A stretch of DNA of 36,522 nucleotides from Candidatus Xenobia bacterium (lineage in GTDB: Bacteria > Vulcanimicrobiota > Xenobia > Xenobiales > QWHO01): the NCBI GenBank assembly GCA_045863235.1, contig BTUM01000079.1:1-36522 (forward strand), in the 5' to 3' direction. Of the stretch, positions 1-7,392 are shown piece by piece. Each line of letters opens with the position of its first letter. The stretch's first letter is position 1. A program made the position numbers and the translations under genes. The notes under the pieces were generated by a model. That model did no database searches. It worked only from the letters and a program-made list of their open reading frames with translations, and had not been told where the DNA came from.

Positions 1-389
1 TGGGCGGGTTCGGAATGCCCTCCTTCGGGGGCTTTGGCGGCCAGCTGGGCGGGTTCGGCAACAACGCCTTCTTCGGTCCCACCCCTCAGATTGGCGGTCC
101 GCTTTTTGCCGGCCCGGGGTTTGGCGCGGTGCCCTTCTTCGGCGGCATGACTCCGTTCGGGTTCGGTGCCACCGGCGGTTTCAGCCCCGAGCAACTCTTG
201 TTCGGCGGAGGCACGCCGTTCTTCAGCATGGGCGGCGGGGGCAACTCCTTCATCGGACCGCTCGGCCCTCAGATCCCGCAGCCCTTCTTCAACGCCCCTC
301 CGGGCGCCAGTCTTGGCATCGGGTTGCCGCTGGCGCTGCAGACCGCCTTCCAGGGCCGCACGCAGCTCCCGCCTTTCTTCATCGGCTAA
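1..389 (+). CDS. Gly/Phe/Pro-rich low-complexity protein, C-terminal part (5' end probably outside the window)
   Basis: The frame is open from the window edge (ggc ggg ttc gga atg) to TAA at 387-389. It has GC-rich third codon positions and repeated GFGG/PFFG motifs. Confidence 0.7.
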   Translation, partial: GGFGMPSFGGFGGQLGGFGNNAFFGPTPQIGGPLFAGPGFGAVPFFGGMTPFGFGATGGFSPEQLLFGGGTPFFSMGGGGNSFIGPLGPQIPQPFFNAPPGASLGIGLPLALQTAFQGRTQLPPFFIG

Positions 390-421
390 TGTGCTCGCAC
401 TTTAGCCTGAGCACAATGGTA

Positions 422-1216
422 CTACGTTAAGAAGTTCCTGCCGCCCCAGGTCGTGTAGCCTCCGGGCCGCGACACGAAATCGGCCAGCTCACCCGGCTCA
501 ATGAGGCGGGTGGCGCACCAGTCTGCCAGCACCAGTCCGTGACGCCGGGCCAGCTCGGCCAGAGCCGCACCGTCGCGCCCTGGCGGCTCGATACACAGCG
601 CGTGCACTCTCCCCTCGGGAGCCGTCCCGAACACGAGCAAGCCTCCCTGCGTGCGCCAGGCGAAGCCGTCTGAGACGCTGGCCTCGACCTCTCGAAAGCA
701 GATCCCCGCTCCGGCTCGCGCCGCCGGTAGAACGCTGGCCAGCTCGGTGAGGCGCAGGCTGGCGCCCTCCAGCGGAGCGGCCAGTTGGCGCACGTGCAGC
801 TCGGGGTAACCGGTGCCATTGAAGAGGCCCTTCACCCGCCGGATGGCGTCCATCTCTCGCTCGGCCTCTGGGCGCCGCTCCTCGGAGAGCAGCTCGATCT
901 GGCGCCAATCGTCCTCGTGCAGCCCCAGGCACTGAGGTTTCCAGGGCTCCCCGGCGGGCGGCAGCTCGTTGCTCAGGGTGGGTAACGAGAACAGGATGCT
1001 GCCCGGGTCGACGCTCTCGATGGGGAGCAGCTCCAGCCGCAAGCTTCCTGTCTTGCGAAAGTCGGCCGGCTCGGCCTTCATCACCTGAAAGTCCAGCTCG
1101 CCCAGGTGCATGACCGTGTGCAGCTCAAAGGAGGCCGGCAGCTGATCGCTCTCCACGTCCACGACGGGAAGCTGGTACTTGCCGGAAACGTCCACGAACT
1201 CCACCCGGATGCGCAT
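422..1216 (-). CDS. Hypothetical protein
   Basis: Long ORF with globular composition (SILFSLPTLSNELP, LHEDDWRQIELLS). ATG at 1216 (MRIRVEF) was chosen to avoid overlapping the divergent gene. Confidence 0.7.
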   Translation of the reverse strand: MRIRVEFVDVSGKYQLPVVDVESDQLPASFELHTVMHLGELDFQVMKAEPADFRKTGSLRLELLPIESVDPGSILFSLPTLSNELPPAGEPWKPQCLGLHEDDWRQIELLSEERRPEAEREMDAIRRVKGLFNGTGYPELHVRQLAAPLEGASLRLTELASVLPAARAGAGICFREVEASVSDGFAWRTQGGLLVFGTAPEGRVHALCIEPPGRDGAALAELARRHGLVLADWCATRLIEPGELADFVSRPGGYTTWGGRNFLT

Positions 1217-1256
1217 GGCAGGCATTTTCCCGGCTCGCCTTGTATCCCCTCTGGCT

Positions 1257-1478
1257 TTGCCCCCCGACGTCGCCACACCACCGCGCGGACTGGCCCGACT
1301 GCTGTTCGGGCTCTACTGCCTGCTCTACGCCGTCTTCATGGGCACCAACCTGCTGGCTCCCGGCTTGATGGCTCAGCGGTTGGGCCCCGCCAACGTCGCC
1401 ATCCTGAGCGGTCTGGGACTGATCGTGCTGGCGGTCGTGTTCGCCCTGGCTTACGCCCGCTGGGGAGCGAGCGAGTGA
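1257..1478 (+). CDS. DUF485-like small membrane protein (partner of ActP-type symporters)
   Basis: Two hydrophobic segments (LLFGLYCLLYAVFMGTNLLAP; NVAILSGLGLIVLAVVFALAY). Its stop overlaps the symporter start (GTGA), the usual yjcH-actP arrangement. The start codon is uncertain. Confidence 0.75.
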   Translation: MPPDVATPPRGLARLLFGLYCLLYAVFMGTNLLAPGLMAQRLGPANVAILSGLGLIVLAVVFALAYARWGASE

Positions 1479-3298
1479 ATCCTCTCACGGTTGGCATCTT
1501 CCTGGCCTTCGTGACGAGCACGCTCGTGCTCAGCTGGTTCCTGGGCCGCCGGGCGCGCTCGGCTGAGGGCTACTTCGCCGCTCACGGCCAGGTGCACTGG
1601 TTCGTGAACGGCTTCGCCTTCGCCGGAGACTACCTGTCGGCCGCCTCCTTTCTGGGCATCTGCGGCATGATCGCGTTCTACGGCTACGACGGCTTTCTTT
1701 ACTCGATTGGCTATCTGGCAGGGTGGGTGGTGGCTCTGTTCGTGGTGGCCGAGCCTCTCAAGCGCATGGGACGCTTCACCTTCGCCGACGCCCTCGACCG
1801 GCGTTTCAACTCGCGTGGCATCAAGCTGGCCGGCGCCATCAGCACGCTGGTGGTGTCCATCTTCTACCTGATCCCCCAGATGGTGGGAGCGGGAGCGCTG
1901 ATCAAACCGCTGCTGGGCTTCCCTCATCACGTTGGCGTGCTGCTGGTGGGCGTGGTGGTCACCTTGATCGTGGTGAGCGCGGGGATGGTCAGCACCACCT
2001 GGGTGCAGTTCGTCAAGGGCACTCTACTGGTTGGGTTCTGTGCTCTGCTGACGGGGATGATCCTGATCCGGGGCTTCACGGTGGAGCCGCAAGCGGTGGG
2101 CTACAGCACAGAGACCGAGCTGTCGCAACGCTCCGACCTGCAGGAGAGGCTGGCGCCCGAGGGCGTCTGGGCCACCGCGCCTTACCTGCGTGTCCGCAAC
2201 GCCAGGGGCGAGATCGAATACTGGCGGACCAATCAGGTCACCGGGCCGAAGCACCTGTCCCGGGCCTGGACCTTGACCGAGCTCAAGGCCATCGGACACG
2301 TCGCAGAGCTGCCCGAGGGGCAGACCGCCACCGGCCCACTCGGTCCCATGCAGTTCTTCCGGACGCTCGAGCAGAGCACCGTCATCCTCTGGACTAGAGA
2401 GAAGGTGGGCGACACCACGCTCTTCTACCCAACGCCCACGAAGGGTGCGGATGTGCTGCGCCCGGGCTACAGCCCCACCTTCTCGGGTCTGCGCCAGGAT
2501 GGTTTCACCTGGGCCAAAGTGGACTTCCTCTCGCTCATGCTGGCCTTGTTCTGCGGCACCGCCTCGCTGCCGCACATCCTGATTCGCTACTACACCGTCA
2601 AGAGCCAGGCGGCTGTGCGCAAGAGCACGGTGGTTGGGATCGCCAGCATCGGCGCCTTTTACGTGCTCACCCTCTATCTGGGCCTGGGAGCGATGACGTG
2701 CGGGAACCTGAACCCCTCGGACTCCAACATGGCCGCTCCCCTGTTGGCGCGCAGCTTCTCGGAGGTGCTCTTCGCCCTGATCTCGGCCATCGCGTTCACC
2801 ACCGTGCTGGGCACGGTGAGCGGACTGATCATGGCCGCCAGCGGCGCGGTGGCTCACGACCTGGTGGCCAACTTCATGGGCGTGCAGATGAACGACATCG
2901 AGAAGGTGCGCTTGGCCAAGCTGGCCGCGGTGGCGGTGGGAGCCGTGGCCATGGTGCTGGGGATCCTGTTCCAGAGCCTCAACGTCAGCTTTCTGGTAGG
3001 CTGGGCCTTCAACGTAGCCGCCTCGGCAAACCTGCCCGCCCTGCTGATGTCCCTCTTCTGGCGCCGGGCCACCCACCAGGGGATCATGGCCTCCATCCTG
3101 GTGGGCCTGTTCTCCTCGCTGGGGTGGATCTTGCTCAGCGGCGACACATTTTCCAAGGTCTACGGCTTGAGCGCCACCCAGGCCCCGGTGCCGTTCAGCC
3201 AGCCGGCCATCGTGACCATCCCCCTGGCCTTCCTGGTGCTGGTGCTGGTCTCGCTCTGGACGAGAAGTCCGGCCGTGGGCGCGGAAGGGAGCGCTTAG
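1475..3298 (+). CDS. actP: Cation/acetate symporter, sodium:solute symporter family (ActP-like)
   Basis: Motifs NGFAFAGDYLSAASFLG, FYLIPQMVGAG, GTASLPHILIRYYTV and AIAFTTVLGTVSGL, with many TM helices. GTG start at 1475. Confidence 0.85.
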   Translation: MNPLTVGIFLAFVTSTLVLSWFLGRRARSAEGYFAAHGQVHWFVNGFAFAGDYLSAASFLGICGMIAFYGYDGFLYSIGYLAGWVVALFVVAEPLKRMGRFTFADALDRRFNSRGIKLAGAISTLVVSIFYLIPQMVGAGALIKPLLGFPHHVGVLLVGVVVTLIVVSAGMVSTTWVQFVKGTLLVGFCALLTGMILIRGFTVEPQAVGYSTETELSQRSDLQERLAPEGVWATAPYLRVRNARGEIEYWRTNQVTGPKHLSRAWTLTELKAIGHVAELPEGQTATGPLGPMQFFRTLEQSTVILWTREKVGDTTLFYPTPTKGADVLRPGYSPTFSGLRQDGFTWAKVDFLSLMLALFCGTASLPHILIRYYTVKSQAAVRKSTVVGIASIGAFYVLTLYLGLGAMTCGNLNPSDSNMAAPLLARSFSEVLFALISAIAFTTVLGTVSGLIMAASGAVAHDLVANFMGVQMNDIEKVRLAKLAAVAVGAVAMVLGILFQSLNVSFLVGWAFNVAASANLPALLMSLFWRRATHQGIMASILVGLFSSLGWILLSGDTFSKVYGLSATQAPVPFSQPAIVTIPLAFLVLVLVSLWTRSPAVGAEGSA

Positions 3299-4956
3299 AC
3301 CTTCTGGCGCTGGCGTCGCAGCTTCAGGCGATGACGCTCGAGCCGGGGAGCCACGTTGACGCCCAGTCGGGCGAGCAACTCTTCGGCTGCCCGTCTCCCG
3401 GACTCGGCGCCCCCCTCCATATAGCCAGAGTAGGAGACGCTTGTGTGCTCGCCGGCAAAGAACAGGTTCCCATCCGGGGCGTTCTCGGCCCCCAGCAGCG
3501 TGGTCCACTGGCCCGGTCCGAAGCAGGAGTAGCTGCCCTGGTTGAGGGGGAAGCTGGACCAGACGAAGCGGCGCACCACCCCGGTGAACTCGTTGTTGGC
3601 TCCGGGATACATCTGCTGCACTCCGGGCAGGAAGCCAGCGGCCTGGCCCTCGGGGCTGCCGGCCTCGACCTCGACTCCGGGAGGACCTCCCAGGAAGAGA
3701 GTGAGCGAGCCTCCGTTGCCAGGCTGGAGTTGGGAAGAATCCCAGCCCGACTGGAAGGCGAGATCGGTGAAGAAGAGTCCCGTGAACCCGAGCTGGCGCC
3801 AGTATCGGGTGAGAAAGCCCAGGATCAGCTTGGAGTTGGTTCCGTAGGCCAGGTTGGCGATCCCGGCCGCCACCGCCGGGGGCAATGTGACGTTCAGGCT
3901 CACCCCGCGCAAGACCGAGAAGGGCACGGTCAGGATGACGAAGTTGGCGTTGATGTCCACCGTTCCGCCCGGGGAGTCAAAGGTCATCACGAAGCCATCG
4001 GCCACCTCTCGCAGGGCGATGAGCCGGAAGCCCAGGTTGACCGGCGATGAGCTGGCCAGGCGAGCGGCGATGGCTTGAGGAAGCTGCTGGTTGCCGCCGA
4101 TGATCTTGAAGCGCTGGTCGCTGTCGCCGAAGATGTTGAGCACTCCGCCGGAGGTATCGGGGTCGATGAAGGCCACGAAGTTGAGTGCGGACTGCAAGCT
4201 GGGATCGAGCCCGTACTCGGTTTCGTAGGCCACGTCCAGGATGGTGCGGATGGTGCCCTGGGCGCCGATCTGGTCGAGGTACTGGGCCAGTGACAGATTG
4301 TCCAGGGCGATGGCGGCCGCGTCCTGGGTCTGGAAGTCGATCTCGTCGGGCAACGAGTTCTGGTCGGCCGTGATCTGGGCCTCCAGGGGTTGAAACAGGG
4401 CCACGACCTCGGCGTCGGTCAGGTTGACCCCGCCAAAGAACCAGGTCTGGGTCAGCGAGGCTTCGCTGGGGCTGAGGATGTCGAGCAGTGGCAGGTCGAA
4501 CTCGCCGGCCAGTCGGAGCATCTCCTCGTGACCGCTGTCGATGAACTCGCCCCCCAACTCGGTGGCGATGCCGGGCCCGAACACGTCCGAGACGGTGAAC
4601 ATGCGACCGCCCACGCGGTTGCCGGCTTCGTAGATGTCGGCTCGAAATCCCGCTTTGGCCAGCTGCCAGGCCGCGTTCATGCCGGCGATGCCAGCTCCGA
4701 CGATCGCGATGGAAGGCTGGAGGTTGTCCGGCGGAGGAGCTGTGCGCGTAAACAATGGCGTTGTGCCCCCGCAACCGGTCACGAGCCCCCCGGCGCCCAG
4801 CATCAGGGCACCGGACTTGAGGAAGTTGCGTCGAGAGAGCGACTGTTCGCGCTCGATGGCCAGTAACTCGTCCACCGGCGGGGCCCCAGGCTGGTTGGCC
4901 TTCCGGGCCAGACGGAACATGCGCTGAACGCGCTGCATCAATTCGGTACGCGGCAT
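3295..4956 (-). CDS. Flavin monoamine oxidase family protein with twin-arginine motif and lipobox
   Basis: FAD-binding IAIVGAGIAG...EAGNRVGGR, ELGGEFID and the C-terminal LFFAGEHTS..GYMEGGAESG. SRRNFLK followed by LVTGC. SD GGAGG before the ATG at 4956. Confidence 0.9.
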   Translation of the reverse strand: MPRTELMQRVQRMFRLARKANQPGAPPVDELLAIEREQSLSRRNFLKSGALMLGAGGLVTGCGGTTPLFTRTAPPPDNLQPSIAIVGAGIAGMNAAWQLAKAGFRADIYEAGNRVGGRMFTVSDVFGPGIATELGGEFIDSGHEEMLRLAGEFDLPLLDILSPSEASLTQTWFFGGVNLTDAEVVALFQPLEAQITADQNSLPDEIDFQTQDAAAIALDNLSLAQYLDQIGAQGTIRTILDVAYETEYGLDPSLQSALNFVAFIDPDTSGGVLNIFGDSDQRFKIIGGNQQLPQAIAARLASSSPVNLGFRLIALREVADGFVMTFDSPGGTVDINANFVILTVPFSVLRGVSLNVTLPPAVAAGIANLAYGTNSKLILGFLTRYWRQLGFTGLFFTDLAFQSGWDSSQLQPGNGGSLTLFLGGPPGVEVEAGSPEGQAAGFLPGVQQMYPGANNEFTGVVRRFVWSSFPLNQGSYSCFGPGQWTTLLGAENAPDGNLFFAGEHTSVSYSGYMEGGAESGRRAAEELLARLGVNVAPRLERHRLKLRRQRQKV

Positions 4957-5053
4957 CAGTTCAACCCTCCCATGTCGGGCGGGCTTCGCAATGCTCCCCG
5001 GCCGGCTCCTTCCGGTGGCAGGGACAGGTGCCTCCGGCCTCCAAAACGAGACG

Positions 5054-5362
5054 ATGCAAAACCCTGTGCGCTTCTCCATCGACCGCTACCCCGATCGGGT
5101 CAGCATGAAGGTCTCGCTCACGCCAGACGCTATCGGATTGCGAGCCCGCTATCGGGCCCTGATTGTCCACCTGCACAACGTTCCCGAGCCCATTTTCTGG
5201 GATCTGGGCCGTGAGCTCGAGTTGGAGCGCCAGGTCGACTGCCTGGGAGCTCCGCAGCGAGTGTGCATCACTTGCTACGGGGTGGAGTCCGACAACAGCC
5301 TGCGGCTTGTCTTCCGCAACTGGAGCCGCCCTGGAGATGGCTTTCCCTTGCCCGAGGGCTAG
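5054..5362 (+). CDS. Hypothetical protein
   Basis: ORF MQNPVRFSIDRY... fills the gap between genes and has host-like codon usage. Confidence 0.6.
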   Translation: MQNPVRFSIDRYPDRVSMKVSLTPDAIGLRARYRALIVHLHNVPEPIFWDLGRELELERQVDCLGAPQRVCITCYGVESDNSLRLVFRNWSRPGDGFPLPEG

Positions 5363-5526
5363 ACTCTATCCTGAACGGCCGACCAGGCCAGCGCCGCTCC
5401 CATCAGTGAAGCAACCCACGGGTTGCAGGTCAGCCCTCAGCCAAAGCCGCTGGCCTTGCTGAGATAGCTGAAGCCCAGGCCCAGCAGGGCACCGAGCAAG
5501 ACGATCAACAGTGTCTGCATGCTCAT
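5359..5526 (-). CDS. Putative small membrane selenoprotein, DUF6132-like (MSMQTLLIVLLGALLGLGFSYLSKASGFG-U-GLTCNPWVASLMGAALAWSAVQDRV)
   Basis: In-frame TGA at 5437-5439. Readthrough gives a second TM helix and a U-x-L-T-x-N-P motif, and a SECIS-like hairpin follows. The TAG stop overlaps the stop of the convergent gene at CTAG 5359-5362. Confidence 0.7.
5411..5426 (-). promoter_or_regulatory. Bacterial SECIS-like hairpin
   Basis: GCAACC-CGUG-GGUUGC begins 10 nt after the UGA. The loop starts 16 nt after the UGA and has G at its second position. Confidence 0.65.
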
Positions 5527-5578
5527 TTCAATCAGGTAGACGCGGCCTGGACGGAAAAGATTCTTTTTTTCTAAAGGC

Positions 5579-5607
5579 TTGACATGTCCTGGGTGGATGA
5601 CTATAGT
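5579..5607 (+). promoter_or_regulatory. Strong sigma70-type promoter with an upstream AT-rich (UP-like) tract
   Basis: TTGACA (5579-5584), a 17-nt spacer, then TATAGT (5602-5607). AAAAGATTCTTTTTTTCTAAA lies just upstream. Confidence 0.85.
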
Positions 5608-5612
5608 CCGAC

Positions 5613-6122
5613 AGTCGACGGCGACGTCGACCGAATCGGCCGGCGACACGGCCGACGGGCTGCCAGAGACCGAGACCTGGCAGGGGTAGCGTGCAGACCA
5701 CAGGACGCCGCGTAACCTCGGACGCGAGACGACCGGGGGAGGCCTGGGGCAAAGGCGGGTCCGCGAGGATCAAGAAGCGATGCAAGTCGCGCCCGCTCGA
5801 GTGGAACCAGGAGGGACCGATGAGGATGGAGCCGGTCTACTGACGAAGAGTCAGCGCTCCGGGAAGCGACAGAACCGGCATACCGAGCGTGAGAAGCTCG
5901 GCGGGCTGCCAGAGTCCGAAATCTGGCAGGGGTAACGCGCAGACCAAAGTTGCGTGGCAGTGTCTCGACTGCCTGAACATCGAGGCGGGCCTGGAACCGG
6001 GTCGGGACCGTGAGGAGAACGAGCGAGCTTGCTCGCCACCGACTTGAGGTTGAACCAGGAGAGTCCGGTGAGGTTGGAGCCGGACCGCAAAGCCACCTGT
6101 TACAGGGTGGCTTTTGTGTTTT
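5613..6122 (+). ncRNA. Unidentified structured non-coding RNA with two tandem homologous domains
   Basis: Bounded by a promoter and a terminator, with no credible ORF. It is a near-continuous series of hairpins. Blocks 5656-5700/5902-5946 match at 40/45 and blocks 5804-5837/6052-6085 at 29/34, with compensatory changes. Confidence 0.75.
6089..6122 (+). terminator. Rho-independent terminator
   Basis: AAAGCCACC-TGTTACAG-GGTGGCTTT followed by TGTGTTTT. Confidence 0.85.
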
Positions 6123-6126
6123 CAGG

Positions 6127-6420
6127 TCAATTGAAGGGACGATGAACGCCGGGCGGGGGAGGGGGCGTCTCGGAAAAGAAAATCTCCCACAACTCGCGGA
6201 TGGCCTTGCTACGTGTCACGATCCAGCGGTTGAAGCGGGCCGTTTTCTCAGGGTCCATGTGCTGAAGAATCTCCTCTTGCCGTTGCTCAGCCTCGACCAG
6301 GTCGCAGCCGGTCTCGCGCATGATCTGCCGCAGCACCGCCTCCATGTCAGCCCAGATGAGGAAGCTCGAGAAGCGTCCGAAGTCGGTGTTGTCGGGAAGC
6401 TCGGGCGGTCCGGGTTGCAT
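6127..6420 (-). CDS. Hypothetical helical protein (start uncertain; the ORF is open to 6651)
   Basis: The C-terminal ~100 aa read as a real protein (DFGRFSSFLIWADMEAVLRQIMRETG...). The upstream extension overlaps a gene remnant on the other strand. Confidence 0.5.
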   Translation of the reverse strand: MQPGPPELPDNTDFGRFSSFLIWADMEAVLRQIMRETGCDLVEAEQRQEEILQHMDPEKTARFNRWIVTRSKAIRELWEIFFSETPPPPPGVHRPFN

Positions 6421-6552
6421 CTCGGGGTTGGGTTCGTTTCGGGGAGACACAAACCTGTCTTCAAGGTCCCACCAGGATGGATCCTCTGGGAGCAAGACTC
6501 CCTGTTCACAAGTCGGCAAGGCAGAGTTGGGAGTCGTCCATCTCCAGGCTTG

Positions 6553-6681
6553 AGCCGTGATAGCGTCGCCTTTATGAGCCTGGCCTCCGACCTCGGCCCG
6601 GGCGACGACAACGACACATGGGATGTTTACCTGACGGAGAGAAATGTTCACACGTCCCCGGGGGCCGTGACCGGTTCGTGA
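6553..6681 (+). pseudogene. Isolated fragment of a TolB/PD40-like beta-propeller repeat
   Basis: SRDSVAFMSLASDLGPGDDNDTWDVYLTER resembles the repeat S-x-D-G-x-x-VAF-x-S-x-A-x-NLV-x-GD-x-N-x-x-x-DVF. It is a single copy with no upstream gene body. Confidence 0.55.
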
Positions 6682-6743
6682 CCGGGTGGTGGTGGGCTGG
6701 AGGGTATGCTGAGAGCAGATAAAGATTGCTGGAGGACACCGAG

Positions 6744-7340
6744 ATGATTCAGTCGCTGAACCAGATGAGCCCCCCTCCGGGAGCGCGCGCCCGCCTGCAC
6801 AACAACTCTCAGACCGAGGTCGAGGTTCCCACGGTGGCCCAGGATGCCGTGAGCCTCTCTCAGACCCCGGCCCCCCCGAAGAGCTGGCTGGGTGGCAAAC
6901 TGGCCAAAGTGGCCGTCACCGTAGGGCTGACCGCCGCCGCTCTGGGCGCCTTCACCGGCCCGGCCATGGCCCACGACTGGGGAGGCCACCACCGCCACCA
7001 TCAGCCCCCCGCAGTCAGCTGCCAGGTCCAGACGGGGACCCAGTTTGGCATCGGCATCGATGGCCGGGGCAACGTGGGGGTCTACATCGGGAGCGAAGGA
7101 TATGATCGCTGCACCGGCGTCTACCAGCGCGGAGGAGTGAGCATCGGCCCCAACGGCGTGGGAGTGGACTATGGCGTGTCGGTGCCGGGCTGGGGCGGTC
7201 CCACCACGATGCCGCTGCCCGGACATCGCCACTACCCGCCGCGCACGATGCCCTATCCGCAGCAGCAGCAAAACCAGACCGTCATCATCAACCAGGGCGG
7301 TCAGGTGATCGTGAATCAGGGTGGGGGTTGGTTCCGCTGA
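6744..7340 (+). CDS. Hypothetical exported Gly-rich protein
   Basis: SD GGAGG 8 nt before the ATG. An internal signal-peptide-like stretch KLAKVAVTVGLTAAALGAFTGPAMA precedes a Gly/His/Gln-rich region. Confidence 0.75.
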   Translation: MIQSLNQMSPPPGARARLHNNSQTEVEVPTVAQDAVSLSQTPAPPKSWLGGKLAKVAVTVGLTAAALGAFTGPAMAHDWGGHHRHHQPPAVSCQVQTGTQFGIGIDGRGNVGVYIGSEGYDRCTGVYQRGGVSIGPNGVGVDYGVSVPGWGGPTTMPLPGHRHYPPRTMPYPQQQQNQTVIINQGGQVIVNQGGGWFR

Positions 7341-7392
7341 CCGGGGTACCCGGGAGCTTGCCCGGGCGGCGCGGATGCCGCGGGTCGTGAGT

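Noticed and set aside
385..431. Integron attC site
   Set aside because: The left end reads TAAT rather than TAAC, the element is shorter than typical attC sites, and there is no integrase or cassette array.
5755..5778. GGGTCC-GCGA-GGA resembling SRP RNA helix 8
   Set aside because: It lacks the conserved CAGG/AGCAG internal loop and is one arm of a larger duplicated multibranch.
5840..5866. CTGACGA as a hammerhead ribozyme core, and GAGCCGG as group II intron domain V
   Set aside because: No GAAA follows a stem II and no CCGGTTC closing strand is present. ctgac/gtcag forms a simple hairpin.
5866..5883. Resemblance of GCGACAGAACCGGCATAC to the RNase P RNA 3' motif ACAGAACCCGGCTTA
   Set aside because: The 5' GAGGAAAGTCC partner of P4 and the other conserved regions are absent, and the match lies mid-transcript.
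5528..6096. Minus-strand ORFs 5528-5785 and 5851-6096
   Set aside because: They have no protein-like composition, and the duplicated blocks are conserved as base pairs rather than codons. They are antisense shadows of the RNA.
6082..6112. GGACCGCAAAGCCAC resembling a c-di-GMP-I (GEMM) riboswitch
   Set aside because: There is no upstream GGCAAA/P2 at the right distance and no downstream gene in cis. The segment is explained by the terminator hairpin.
6720..6746. Sigma28-like TAAA...CCGA promoter
   Set aside because: The -10 match is poor and overlaps the SD and start codon.
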